Below are positions 1 to 10,457 of a stretch of DNA of 64,000 nucleotides, in pieces. The notes beneath the pieces are model-generated. The model had not been told where the DNA came from, ran no database searches, and was given only the letters and a program-made list of their open reading frames with translations. The stretch spans positions 2,391,849 to 2,455,848 of the forward strand of contig CBDBLX010000002.1 of assembly GCA_965207445.1 (NCBI GenBank). The letters are read 5' to 3'. How positions within the stretch are numbered: position 1 is the stretch's first letter; every line of letters begins with the position of its first letter. The DNA is from Nitrosopumilus sp. (lineage in GTDB: Archaea; Thermoproteota; Nitrososphaeria; Nitrososphaerales; Nitrosopumilaceae). The translations under genes were made by a program, and so were the position numbers.

Positions 1-3000
1 AAAAAGATATACGGTTGCAGTATTTTGTTGCAATCTTTGGTGCACTCTCTCTTCAGGTTGTAAATGGCACGTCCCAACTCGATTCTATCCACGAAGGAAG
101 TACGATGCATGCCTCTGAATTGGAAGATGACATGCGTAGTAAGATATTCGATGGCAACATGTTTGTCATGCTGATTCGAGGGGTGCTGGATCACAACCCC
201 AAGAAGAGATACAAGCGCATAGAGTTAGAAGATGCAAAAGAAAAGGCAATACGGATCCTATACAGACTGCTCTTTATTCTGTATGCAGAGTCACGGTTCC
301 TTCTACCAGTGGATCATACCAAATACAGAAATGTCTCAATGCTTTCCATGCGTGACGGTCTTGATTCATACGAAAAGAAGGGCGAATCATGTTCGTGCTG
401 GGACAACCTGGGAATTTTGTTCTCCGGCATAAGCAAAGGCAATACGGAATTGAATCTTCCGGCGTACAATGGCAGGCTGTTTGAAAAAGGCGGTATTGAC
501 AAATTGCGTATACGAAACAAGTTCTTGATTCCTGTAATACGGGACATGACCGAAAAGAAAGGAGAAAGTGTAGACTATCAGAGCCTAGGAGTCAGGCATC
601 TTGGTTCCATATACGAAAGTCTGCTAGAGTATGATATAGTGCAAGCAAAGCAGGATATGATAGTTGTAGGCGATCGAATACTTGATGCGGATTTTGCAGT
701 TGATATTTCAGAAAAACCTGATTCATACGTACAAAAAAATGATATTTATCTATCTACAGGAGGCCTGGCGCGCAAGGGAACAGGAAGCTATTTCACGCCA
801 GAGCCCATAGTCAAAAACCTTGTCAGATCGGGGCTGCAACCCATATTTGATGAACGTACTAAAAAATTTGAGAAGTCCATGAAACAGTACAGAGATGGAG
901 ATTCCAATGCTACAAAACAGTGCAACAATCTGATGCTTGACCTTCAGGTACTGGATCCCGCCATGGGGAGCGGACACTTTCTCGTGACCGTGACAGACGA
1001 GATAACACGGTGGATAATGGAATTAATCAGTATGTATCCGGATGCTCCAATAGTCAACATGGTTGATGCTCAGAGAAAAAAAGTAATCAAAACTCAGAAA
1101 GAAAAAGGCATAGAACTAAACTCTGATCTGCTCACGCCCAACGCGATTCTCAAACGCATGGTGATGAAGAGCTGTGTGTATGGGACGGACATAAACGAGC
1201 TGGCAGTAGAACTTGCCAAGCTTTCGTTGTGGCTCGACTCTTTTACCATCGGAATGCCATTGACCGTTTTGGGGCATCACATACGACATGGTAACTCGTT
1301 GATCGGTGTATATACAAATATGCAAAATAATGGCACGCTTGATGACTATATGGAACAGACCATGAAATCAGGTGGCCATATATTGCGTGAGATCAGCCAG
1401 TCACCTGATATCATACCAGAGGATGTGCAACAGGCAGAAGTACATATTATACAACTTTACAAACAAAACACAAAATTAAGGAGACAGTTTGATGCAAGAT
1501 GTGCCCACATTTTACGACAGACCGAAGGCACACCATCAGAACCAGAGGTAGTTACAACTGTGAACAAACATGATATTTTTCATTGGCAGCTAGAGTTCTC
1601 AGATGCGTTTACCGATGCCCGGCCGGGCTTTGACCTCATAGTTGGAAACCCACCATGGGAGTCAGTGGAACCTCACGATGACGAGTTCTTTTCCAAATAT
1701 GATGTTAATTTTCGAGCATACAGTAATAATCAAGACAAGCAAAAAATCAAATCAAAGTTACTAGGACAGCAAGATATCAGAACTGCTTTTGAAGATTATA
1801 AACAGTACATAAAAGAACAGTCATGGTTTTTCAAGGATTCAGAACAATACAACATGCGCGAGGGAAAATCAGACATGTGGAAATTGTTTCTTGAGAGAAT
1901 GATTGGATTACTAGCCAAAGAAGGACGTTTGTCAATAGTCATACCTTCAGGGATCCTGACCAATGATGGAGCAACAAAGCTGAGAAAAGCCTTGTTAGGC
2001 ATGCAGATCACATCCATATACGAGTTTGAAAACAGGCGAAAAATATTCCCCGAGGTTGATTCCAGATACAAATTTGTACTGTTGACTATTGCAAGCGCAA
2101 AACCAGAGTCAAAATTTGATGCTGCATTCTACCTATATGACATTGCTGCACTCGATCACAAAACAGAGCAAGAAAAATTTGTAAAAATGCCAATAGAAAT
2201 GATGCGTTTAACATCACCGGATATCTTCTCCATACCCGAGGTACGGACATCAAGAGACATAGATATCCTCAACAAAATATACCACCAACACAAATGCATA
2301 AGGGACGGACTAGATAATGGAAAATACACGATTAACTTTCTTACAGAATTTAATAGAACCACAACCAGTAAATTGTTTAAACGTGACGGCAAAGGCTGGC
2401 CTCTGATTGAAGGCAAAAATTTTCACCAATTTATTCCAGATTTCTTAAAATCTGAATTTACAATAGAACCAAAAAAAGGACTGGCCAAAACTGAGAAAAC
2501 CAAAGTGTATGGAGAAAAAAACAGGCAAATCCATGATGAGTGTAGGTTGTCATTTAGAAAGGTGGCAAGCGTGACAAATATACGGACAATGATATCTTGT
2601 ATAATCCCTCCTCATAGATTTTTTGCAGACAGTTCGCCAACGCTTGTCATATACCACAACAAAGCGCCACTTTTAAACAGCACATATAACAAAATTATAC
2701 TTTATCTTACGGCAATATTTAATTCAATGACATTTGATTATATAACTCGATTAAGCGCAAACATGAACTTGAATTTTTTCATACTAAACAACATTGCCAT
2801 CCCAGATGACACACAATCCAAACTCGCACAGCAGATAATCAAACTTTCAGGCGTTCTAACTATACAGCACGAGGATTTTTCTAAAATGGCAAATGACCTG
2901 CGGACAAAGGTCAACAAACTGAACATACAACAAAAAATTGAGACTGTTGCCCATTTAGACGCATTAGTGGCGCACCACTACGGCCTAGATAGGAAACAGT

Positions 3001-3176
3001 ACGAATACGTCGTAAATACATTTGATGATCATAGAGTTATGACCAATCGTCTTGTTGTAGACGAAAACAATGAAGATGATGAAGAGTTTGAATGGAACGA
3101 CACCACCATACGTGCCTTTAACCATGAGGTACGCGAACGTGTCCTGACATTCTACGACAAGCACATATCGAGATGA
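1..3176 (+). CDS. Type IIG/Eco57I-like N6-adenine DNA methyltransferase with target-recognition domain (5' end outside window)
   Basis: Frame is open back to the window edge (KDIRLQYF); motif I VLDPAMGSGHFL, motif IV IVGNPPW, GSYFTP, LGSIYESLL; C-terminal TRD-like region. Confidence 0.9.
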   Translation, partial: KDIRLQYFVAIFGALSLQVVNGTSQLDSIHEGSTMHASELEDDMRSKIFDGNMFVMLIRGVLDHNPKKRYKRIELEDAKEKAIRILYRLLFILYAESRFLLPVDHTKYRNVSMLSMRDGLDSYEKKGESCSCWDNLGILFSGISKGNTELNLPAYNGRLFEKGGIDKLRIRNKFLIPVIRDMTEKKGESVDYQSLGVRHLGSIYESLLEYDIVQAKQDMIVVGDRILDADFAVDISEKPDSYVQKNDIYLSTGGLARKGTGSYFTPEPIVKNLVRSGLQPIFDERTKKFEKSMKQYRDGDSNATKQCNNLMLDLQVLDPAMGSGHFLVTVTDEITRWIMELISMYPDAPIVNMVDAQRKKVIKTQKEKGIELNSDLLTPNAILKRMVMKSCVYGTDINELAVELAKLSLWLDSFTIGMPLTVLGHHIRHGNSLIGVYTNMQNNGTLDDYMEQTMKSGGHILREISQSPDIIPEDVQQAEVHIIQLYKQNTKLRRQFDARCAHILRQTEGTPSEPEVVTTVNKHDIFHWQLEFSDAFTDARPGFDLIVGNPPWESVEPHDDEFFSKYDVNFRAYSNNQDKQKIKSKLLGQQDIRTAFEDYKQYIKEQSWFFKDSEQYNMREGKSDMWKLFLERMIGLLAKEGRLSIVIPSGILTNDGATKLRKALLGMQITSIYEFENRRKIFPEVDSRYKFVLLTIASAKPESKFDAAFYLYDIAALDHKTEQEKFVKMPIEMMRLTSPDIFSIPEVRTSRDIDILNKIYHQHKCIRDGLDNGKYTINFLTEFNRTTTSKLFKRDGKGWPLIEGKNFHQFIPDFLKSEFTIEPKKGLAKTEKTKVYGEKNRQIHDECRLSFRKVASVTNIRTMISCIIPPHRFFADSSPTLVIYHNKAPLLNSTYNKIILYLTAIFNSMTFDYITRLSANMNLNFFILNNIAIPDDTQSKLAQQIIKLSGVLTIQHEDFSKMANDLRTKVNKLNIQQKIETVAHLDALVAHHYGLDRKQYEYVVNTFDDHRVMTNRLVVDENNEDDEEFEWNDTTIRAFNHEVRERVLTFYDKHISR

Positions 3177-6100
3177 TAAACAGTATGAGTATGGAACCGA
3201 AAAGAGAGATCATAGACAACGAGGCAGGGAATATTTTAGCTACATTTCTCAACGAACATCTTGCCAAACATACCAGAGTGGATGTTGCCACAGGCTTTTT
3301 CAATGTAGGGGGTTATACACAAGTGGCAGATACACTCCAGAACATGGTCAGTAAACCAAACAGTACGTTCCGCCTCTTGTTTGGAAAGGAAAGTTTGTCA
3401 GATATAGAGCCTAGCGACATTGATTATCACGATACAATTCTAGGCGATATTGACACTCTTGACATGAATGGTGGTGAAAAACAGTCAGTAGATGACCTGA
3501 TTGAATTTCTAAAAAGGGACAACGTAATGATCAAAAAAAGTCATGGACGGTTCTCCCACGCCAAGTGCTATGTATTTGGACAAGATAACGCTGTGGTTGG
3601 ATCCAGCAACTTTACGCGCGCCGGATTGCGCGACAACATAGAACTGAATGCCGTACTGTACCAGCCATCTGCATTAAAGTTGGTAGCAGAGTGGTTCGAG
3701 AGGCGCTGGCAGGAAGCAGATGACACAAAGGCCGATCTAATAAGTCTGATAGAGGAATCAAAGTTTGGGCTACCCCTTGAGCCACATGTGATGTACATGA
3801 AGATGCTGTATGAATATTACAAACAGAGAATTGATGATATGGAAAACGCTCAAGGCAAGGGAGTTGAACTTACAGAATTTCAGCAAGATGCCGTAACAGA
3901 AGCAAAAAGGATACTACGTAGATACGGCGGCGTGATAATATCAGATTCCACCGGACTGGGAAAGACCCACATAGGTGTGGAACTGCTCCGATACCTCTTG
4001 CTTGAAAAAAAACAAAAGGTACTGTTAGTGGCGCCTGCGCAAGTAAAGGATACTGTATGGGAACCACGATTACTCGAGGACAGCATAAAGACCAAGAACG
4101 TATCCCTCGAATCCATGGGACAGCCCACATTTGACCCAGGCGAATATTTGGACTTTGATATCGTACTGATAGACGAGAGCCATAACTTTCGCTCTCCTGG
4201 TGCAAAGCGTCGCATGAATATGATGAAGATACTGGCAGGTGGCCGGCGAAAAAAAGTGATATTGCTATCTGCCACTCCTGTCAACAACAGCATAATGGAC
4301 CTGTACTATCAGGTATCGCTCCTCACCACTGGCAACGACGCGTACTTTGCAAACTTGGACATTCCGGATCTGAGATCCCATTTTGTACAAGCGGCAAACA
4401 AAAAAGAGGTGAGAGAGAGCATAGATTCCATAGTAAGACTCCTAGACGAGATAATGATAAAGCGGACCCGCGGATTCATCAAATCAAACTATCCAGAGGC
4501 AACCCTCAACGGAAAACATCTCAACTTTCCAAAGAGAAATCTTCACAAGATAGAATACTCTCTTACCAAGTTGTATGGCGCCAACGTATATCATGATGTC
4601 ATAGACGCCATATCAAATATGCATCTGACACCCTACAAACTGGTGGTCTATGACAAGAAGGCAGACGAAGACGAAAAGAAGAGTGCAGAACACATATCCG
4701 TACTTCAAAAGATAATTCTGGCCAAGCGGTTCGAGTCCAGTATAGATGCCATACGTTCCAGCATAGGAAGGCTACAACAATTTTACGCCTATTTTGAAAA
4801 GGCCATGCAACAAAACAAGATAATAAACCGCAGACAGCTGGACGACCTACTAGAGAACATACGCAGTGATTATGCAGAAAATGATGAGAATGCACTCAAA
4901 AAAGCTCTAAATGATGATGTGTTGGATTTAGAGTCGCTAGGCTCACACTATGACAAAAAGCAAATGGCAAGAGACCTACGTGAAGATATGAGTATGATCT
5001 CAAATCTTGTCAAGAAACTTGACCTGATACAACCTGAGGGAGACAGCAAACTTCAAAAACTGCAAGATGATCTAGAAGAATACGATGTGTTTGAGAAAGG
5101 TGGCAAAAAGGTAGTCATCTTTACGGCATATGTGGATACGGCCACATACATACACAAGTATCTAAAGGAGCGTCTAAAATCCAGACAAATCCTGCTGCTT
5201 ACAGGTCAAAAATCAACCAAGCAGAGGAGTGAGTCTCTGAAGAGATTTTCCCCGCGATCCAATTATTTAGACGAAGATGAGATCCCTGCAGACTTGGAAG
5301 AGGCAGATATTTTGGTCACTACTGAGATACTCAGTGAGGGTCAGAACCTGCAGGACTGTAACTATATCATAAATTATGATTTACCATGGAATCCTATGAG
5401 GATAGTGCAGCGGGTAGGTAGAGTAGACAGGCTGACCAGTCGCTTTGACGAGATCACATCGGCCGTATTTATCCCCGAAAAAGAACTAAACGAATTGCTT
5501 GGCATAATGGAAAAACTGGAGCGAAAGATTCAGAACATTGGAGATGTAGTGGGCGCAGAGGGCAGCATACTGGGTGAAAAAGAAAATCCAAAGACATTCA
5601 ATGCGGTTGAACGAATTCGAAAAAACGACCAAGGACTCATCGATGACATTGAAGCAGGCTCAGACTTGTTTGGAATGATGACCCCATACCAAGAGATTTT
5701 ATCATATGTAAAGAATTTGGGTTCTGATACATTGCAAACTATCAAATATGGAAGGAGGAGTGGACTGGATTCAAGCCATTCTGGCGTCATCTTGATGTAC
5801 AGAGAGAAAAACACGCAGGACGTTCACATGGCCATGTACAACCACAAAGAATCCAAGGTAGATTTTATGAACGACATAACAAAACTGTTCTCATACATAA
5901 AATGCGACAACGATGAAAAACTCTCCATGCCATTCAAAGGTAGTGATTCCTTTAATTACATTAAAATGGCAAATGATAAAGCATGTGCTGAGATCCTAAA
6001 AATAATCAACAAGGGAATGGTAAATCAGAGTGCGCACGACGTGGGAGAAAAATTCCAAGGAGCAATTAGAGATCTAATACAGAGGGGTTATCAAGACGAA

Positions 6101-6379
6101 AAGTCATTGGTATATGATGATATTGGTGACGCATATAATATTTTAAACACAAGAAGTCTAGCAGCTTGGGAGTTTGAACTACGCGAGATAGTAGAACAGT
6201 ACAATGTGGAACACGATATTATGATGCTGCTCAAACGGACCCAATCACTCTTGGCAAAGTACAAGATAGAATTAGAGCCACTCAAAGAAATGCAAAAGGT
6301 CAGTAAAGATGACTTACAGATCATAGGCTGTATGTTTCTTGACGGGCCATCTATGAAAGACACAAAACTTCACATCTAA
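3173..6379 (+). CDS. PLD-nuclease domain fused to SF2/SNF2-like helicase
   Basis: HAKCY...GSSNFT (PLD HxK/GSxN); DSTGLGKT, DESH, SATP, SEGQNLQ, QRVGRVDR; ATGA overlap with the MTase gene. Confidence 0.9.
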   Translation: MINSMSMEPKREIIDNEAGNILATFLNEHLAKHTRVDVATGFFNVGGYTQVADTLQNMVSKPNSTFRLLFGKESLSDIEPSDIDYHDTILGDIDTLDMNGGEKQSVDDLIEFLKRDNVMIKKSHGRFSHAKCYVFGQDNAVVGSSNFTRAGLRDNIELNAVLYQPSALKLVAEWFERRWQEADDTKADLISLIEESKFGLPLEPHVMYMKMLYEYYKQRIDDMENAQGKGVELTEFQQDAVTEAKRILRRYGGVIISDSTGLGKTHIGVELLRYLLLEKKQKVLLVAPAQVKDTVWEPRLLEDSIKTKNVSLESMGQPTFDPGEYLDFDIVLIDESHNFRSPGAKRRMNMMKILAGGRRKKVILLSATPVNNSIMDLYYQVSLLTTGNDAYFANLDIPDLRSHFVQAANKKEVRESIDSIVRLLDEIMIKRTRGFIKSNYPEATLNGKHLNFPKRNLHKIEYSLTKLYGANVYHDVIDAISNMHLTPYKLVVYDKKADEDEKKSAEHISVLQKIILAKRFESSIDAIRSSIGRLQQFYAYFEKAMQQNKIINRRQLDDLLENIRSDYAENDENALKKALNDDVLDLESLGSHYDKKQMARDLREDMSMISNLVKKLDLIQPEGDSKLQKLQDDLEEYDVFEKGGKKVVIFTAYVDTATYIHKYLKERLKSRQILLLTGQKSTKQRSESLKRFSPRSNYLDEDEIPADLEEADILVTTEILSEGQNLQDCNYIINYDLPWNPMRIVQRVGRVDRLTSRFDEITSAVFIPEKELNELLGIMEKLERKIQNIGDVVGAEGSILGEKENPKTFNAVERIRKNDQGLIDDIEAGSDLFGMMTPYQEILSYVKNLGSDTLQTIKYGRRSGLDSSHSGVILMYREKNTQDVHMAMYNHKESKVDFMNDITKLFSYIKCDNDEKLSMPFKGSDSFNYIKMANDKACAEILKIINKGMVNQSAHDVGEKFQGAIRDLIQRGYQDEKSLVYDDIGDAYNILNTRSLAAWEFELREIVEQYNVEHDIMMLLKRTQSLLAKYKIELEPLKEMQKVSKDDLQIIGCMFLDGPSMKDTKLHI

Positions 6380-6451
6380 TGCAACGGTATCGGGTATTAG
6401 TAATGTATAGCAGTACGTTGTTGTAATTTAAGTCAACAACAAAAATCAATC

Positions 6452-6532
6452 GTAACCGTTCAGCCTCTTCCCAAATTTAAGCACAAATTCACCGCCTAAC
6501 GTCTGGCTCAGATACAGGGGTTGAACAGTTAC
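6452..6532. mobile_element. 81-bp internally deleted IS66-like remnant (MITE)
   Basis: Imperfect terminal inverted repeats GTAACCGTTCAGCCTCT / GTAACTGTTCAACCCCT, starting GTAA as in IS66; no target duplication visible. Confidence 0.6.
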
Positions 6533-7123
6533 GTGTTAAGGTGCGCAAACTTGCTTACTTTGCGCGTGATAAACTCAGATGACCACCTCGAACTCTCGCC
6601 GTCGATCACCTGATTGTCCTCTATTACTATAATTTCGCTTGTCCATGCCCAATTGACACCACCATCCCCGTACTTTGCCCGCATCAACCAACGTCCCAAC
6701 TGCATGGGCTACCACATCACAACGCTCTGTATCGGGAACGCACTTGCGCACAAGCTTGGATACAGAATCGCGGCAGTCAGCGGCCTCGTATGGCAGTCCC
6801 ACTGCCATCCTGATTTTTTTATTTGTACTGTCAACATCAGCTCTATGTCCTGCGGCCACATGCACCATGGATACTGCTTCTCGTATAAGCATCCCGACCT
6901 GCCTGTGATACCTTGGATCTGGCATTCTCCTCGCTATGAGGCGCACAGTGGCGGCCCCTGCAGTATGCAGCATCATGGCAGCCCTTTCACCCACAGCTTC
7001 AGAGTTATTTGTAACCCAGTCCCTGTGTGTCCTTTTCACATACAGGGACGGAAACTTGACTAACCCGTGCTCTGAGACGCACTTTACAAAACCCGTCCCG
7101 ATGTCAAGTCCGATTTTTAGCAT
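6533..7123 (-). pseudogene. ParM/StbA-like actin-fold ATPase, frameshifted and truncated
   Basis: Phosphate-1 motif IGLDIGTGFVK, AVGLP; phosphate-2 region (GMVVSIGHG / SEIIVIEDNQVIDG) recoverable only by two frame changes near 6670 and 6640; ends at the IS66-like remnant. Confidence 0.7.
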
Positions 7124-7360
7124 GCCAGCAGATACTTCATTTGTATATAATGCCCCCTGCTTTCATGCACTTCTTAAAACCACACCCGTCATGGAACTAG
7201 AGTATGATGCGGAGACTTGTTGATACATAGTGTAAACACCATAGTCGTTCCCGCGTTGTTACTGTTTTTGTCAAAACCCGTGCCATTGTATGACATGATG
7301 ACGTACATGCAGGTTATTGGTGCAACTTTGTTCGTATACAAGATAGTCTTGTGGTGTGCG

Positions 7361-8131
7361 TCACCACAGGGAACTAGGATCCCTTCTGTCCGATGACCTT
7401 TTGCGCGACTGCTTTGAGTCACCCCACAGGGCGCGGCTTATCGATGCGTCCTTGTCACCTTTGCTACTCGATGACCTTTTGCGCGACTGCTTTGAGTCAC
7501 CCCACAGGGCGCGGCTTATCGATGCGTCCTTGTCACCTTTGCTACTCGATGACCTTTTGCGCGATTCTCCTGAATTGCTTGAAAATAGTGTGTTTGTAAT
7601 ACTTTTACGAATTCTATTGCCAAGTGTTTTCTTGGTTGTGTGTGTTTTACGTGACTTTGCACTATGTGATGGTGGTGATCTATTTACGGACATGCCAAAA
7701 AAACCACCCTCGTTTGAAGAATGTGGATTCGCATCAAAGACGCTGTCGCCGTTTTCCACCACATACCTGCCACCGAACTGGCGCCGTTTCTTCTTTTGCA
7801 ATGGAGATAGTTTTGCACCGCCTGTCTTGGTCTCCACGTATACGGTCTCTTTTTTTCCTGTAAGTGGGTTTGTCTTTGTGGCCTTAAAGTCGTGCCCCTT
7901 TCCTGTTCGCGTTACGTTGTACCCCATAAGCTCGTACCTGGATCGCGTGCGTTCTTCCCCCTCCCTGCCCTGTTCCTGGTTTTCTCGGTTGACCTGCCTG
8001 CGGCTTTTTCTGTGATGCGTGTTGCTTGTTCTTGTATTGCGGCGTCTTTGTGGACGCGCTCCACTGGGAGATCCCCCCTTGCTCCTTTTAGCGTTGCCTC
8101 TTGGTTGCCTCCCACGACCCTTGCACATCAA
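7361..8131 (-). CDS. PD-(D/E)XK nuclease-like protein (DUF3883/NOV-C-like) with basic disordered termini
   Basis: GE..R..YELMGYNV.RTGKGHDF...YVETKTGGAKLSPLQ core; R/K/S-rich flanks. Confidence 0.6.
   Translation of the reverse strand: MMCKGRGRQPRGNAKRSKGGSPSGARPQRRRNTRTSNTHHRKSRRQVNRENQEQGREGEERTRSRYELMGYNVTRTGKGHDFKATKTNPLTGKKETVYVETKTGGAKLSPLQKKKRRQFGGRYVVENGDSVFDANPHSSNEGGFFGMSVNRSPPSHSAKSRKTHTTKKTLGNRIRKSITNTLFSSNSGESRKRSSSSKGDKDASISRALWGDSKQSRKRSSSSKGDKDASISRALWGDSKQSRKRSSDRRDPSSLW
7391..7565. repeat. 78-bp tandem repeat (about 2.2 copies), in frame in the nuclease-like gene
   Basis: Units start at 7391, 7469, 7547; encode SRKRSSSSKGDKDASISRALWGDSKQ. Confidence 0.95.
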
Positions 8132-8795
8132 TGCTTATGCTGTCATACATTTGCATATAATATTAGCTCCTAGTCACGGGAGATGTCCAGATCATGAATA
8201 CATGCCACGCCGTCAAAGGCCTCAAACACGCGTAAGTTGGTAACTATTTTACTTTTTGAAGTGCACATATAAGATAAAAGATCATGCGCATTTTTCCGAT
8301 CATAATGATCTCGGCATCGTATATTCACATATAAACAATTGACAATAATAACGCGCAGTTGATTATTTTTGTCACGAGTTTTTGAGCAGCACAACTATAC
8401 ACCTTCCTGCAAATAATTGGCATTTGCAACGCCAGTCACACTGATCACTTAAATCACGTTTGTGCGATGATCTAATATCATTCCTGGCCATCATTTTATT
8501 CACACTTAATGATAAATGAAAGCGTTTTGATTTAACACCTCTAACATTAAATTATTAGAGTTTTTAATCAAATTTTTTAAACCAAAATTATCATAGTATG
8601 TAATTATAAGAATTTAAGTATCCACTTCAAAAAGCAAAATAGTTACATACATGCAGTCTAACGTGACGGGAATGGACGACTTTCTACATGCACATTTAAA
8701 ATCCTCCTTCCCGCGCCTTCGGCGCCTGCTACAAAAAAAGAAGAAAGGGAGAACGCGCGAGTGTTTGGCGCTCAGTTATACGTCGCCGACGCGTA

Positions 8796-10457
8796 GTGAT
8801 TTCATTAAAGTTCCGATAGTTTTTAGACATTCTTATAATCATATATTGGGAAATCAGGCAGGCCCCATGTTGTAATCCATACATGCTCCATGATTTTCCC
8901 ATGGGCATGGGCATGCCAGCCGTGTATTTAGGCGTGGCAAAAGGTATGTGCGCAGCCGTCCTGATCATAGTGCGATCTGTGCGTCGCACAGCCTCGCCCG
9001 GACCTCCTAGTTCGCGTAATATGCAGTTCATGCAGCCCGGAGTGCTGGTATTAGCGCGTTATTCTTTGCGTCTTGTATGGCATTGCGCATGTACTCTAGC
9101 AGCCTGACTGTACCAACCTCGCCGTTTTCCATCATGTGTAGTATGGACTTTTGAATCTCTGGAAAACCGCCCTTGTAGTATCTGCCTGCCAGTGCGCGCT
9201 TTATCTCGCGCCATTGGATCTCTATGGGATTGTGTTGAGGAGTGTATGGCGGCAAGTACCATAGTGCGACTTGTCCTCTTGTCTGTTCCAGATACTGCTT
9301 GATGTCTTTGGACTTGTGCGCAGATGCATTGTCACATATGACAAATACCTTGCCGTACTTTTCTCGGAGCATCTCCAACAACTTTATGACGTTTACAGTA
9401 TTCGCACTGTCGCAAAAGTGCAGGTGGCATGTACCGGCCCCGAGTGCACCCAGCATTTTCATGCTCGTTTTTGAAAAGTTGACATTTACAGTCTCAGAGC
9501 CTCCTCGGAGATGTAGTCCGCGCGCGACATACGGCGAGTTTGTGATTGCAGCGGCATCCATGCAGAACACCTCATAGCCGGCGCGGGCGTGTGCCATGAT
9601 GGCGCGTATTGTGTTGTGTACATAATGTAGTTCTTCTAATGGACTGGCAGACTTGTGGTGAATTGGCCTGGGCATTCTTATTGAAAAGCCCATCCTGTGA
9701 GCTAGCGCCAGGGCCCCGGTCCACGTGTACTGGACGTCAAAAATGTTTGCCAGATGCAATGCAAACAAGGCGGCAGTCCATGTCCCACGCTCAAAGCCGC
9801 ACTGCATCGGCTCTCTACTCAGATCGGCCTTTGCCTGTTCTTGTTGTTCTTTTGTGAGTCTGCACGGCCTGCCAGGGCTCTTGCGGTCATATCTGCCCTT
9901 CAAGCCCTCTGATTGTAGCCTGTTGAGCCACTCGGATATGACGCTCTGGCTGCGTCCGAGCTGGGTGGCTATTGCAGACTCACTCTTGCCCTTTTTTCGC
10001 CCAACTGCTGCCTGCAGTCTGTCCCGGGACTTGCCCGGAGGCTCTTTGCGGTAGGCGGCTTTTAGATCTTCCAGGGACACGTCGGGCATGAACCCATCCC
10101 CTCTTTCTACATAGGCTGTCTTCAAAAAATACGCACCTCGTCGATGCCGCAAGACGATCTGCCTGCAGAGTCGTTAAATATGGCATCGGCGAATACTAGT
10201 CGATGTACCATTTTGTGGGTATTCATTAAACACTAATGGCCACATCGCCTTTTGACACTCGAGGTCAAATTAATTCAACCAAATAATCAAAAATTACCAA
10301 TACCTGCCACTGACATACACACCCAATTCCTCGTCTCTCTTCTGCTACCACACGGTATCTGCTACACATAGTGCCAATTACGTCTATTTTTCCACTCCGT
10401 ACCCTCCTGCCTAGCCGAAATCGCCTGTAAAAACTATCGGATCTTTAATGAAATTAC
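8796..10457 (-). mobile_element. IS630-family insertion sequence, apparently complete
   Basis: 30-bp TIRs (8796-8825 and 10428-10457, 28/30 match) flanked by duplicated TA (8794-8795, 10458-10459). Confidence 0.93.
9028..10152 (-). CDS. IS630 transposase (probable start MPDVS at ~10089)
   Basis: N-terminal HTH, GRPCRL, winged-HTH WT motif, DDE triad MDAA / CDNASAH / LPPYTPQHNPIE. Confidence 0.95.
   Translation of the reverse strand: MRHRRGAYFLKTAYVERGDGFMPDVSLEDLKAAYRKEPPGKSRDRLQAAVGRKKGKSESAIATQLGRSQSVISEWLNRLQSEGLKGRYDRKSPGRPCRLTKEQQEQAKADLSREPMQCGFERGTWTAALFALHLANIFDVQYTWTGALALAHRMGFSIRMPRPIHHKSASPLEELHYVHNTIRAIMAHARAGYEVFCMDAAAITNSPYVARGLHLRGGSETVNVNFSKTSMKMLGALGAGTCHLHFCDSANTVNVIKLLEMLREKYGKVFVICDNASAHKSKDIKQYLEQTRGQVALWYLPPYTPQHNPIEIQWREIKRALAGRYYKGGFPEIQKSILHMMENGEVGTVRLLEYMRNAIQDAKNNALIPALRAA

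Noticed and set aside
6494..6540. Integron attC-like GCCTAAC...GTTGAAC
   Set aside because: Too short, single copy, no integrase; better explained by IS66-like ends
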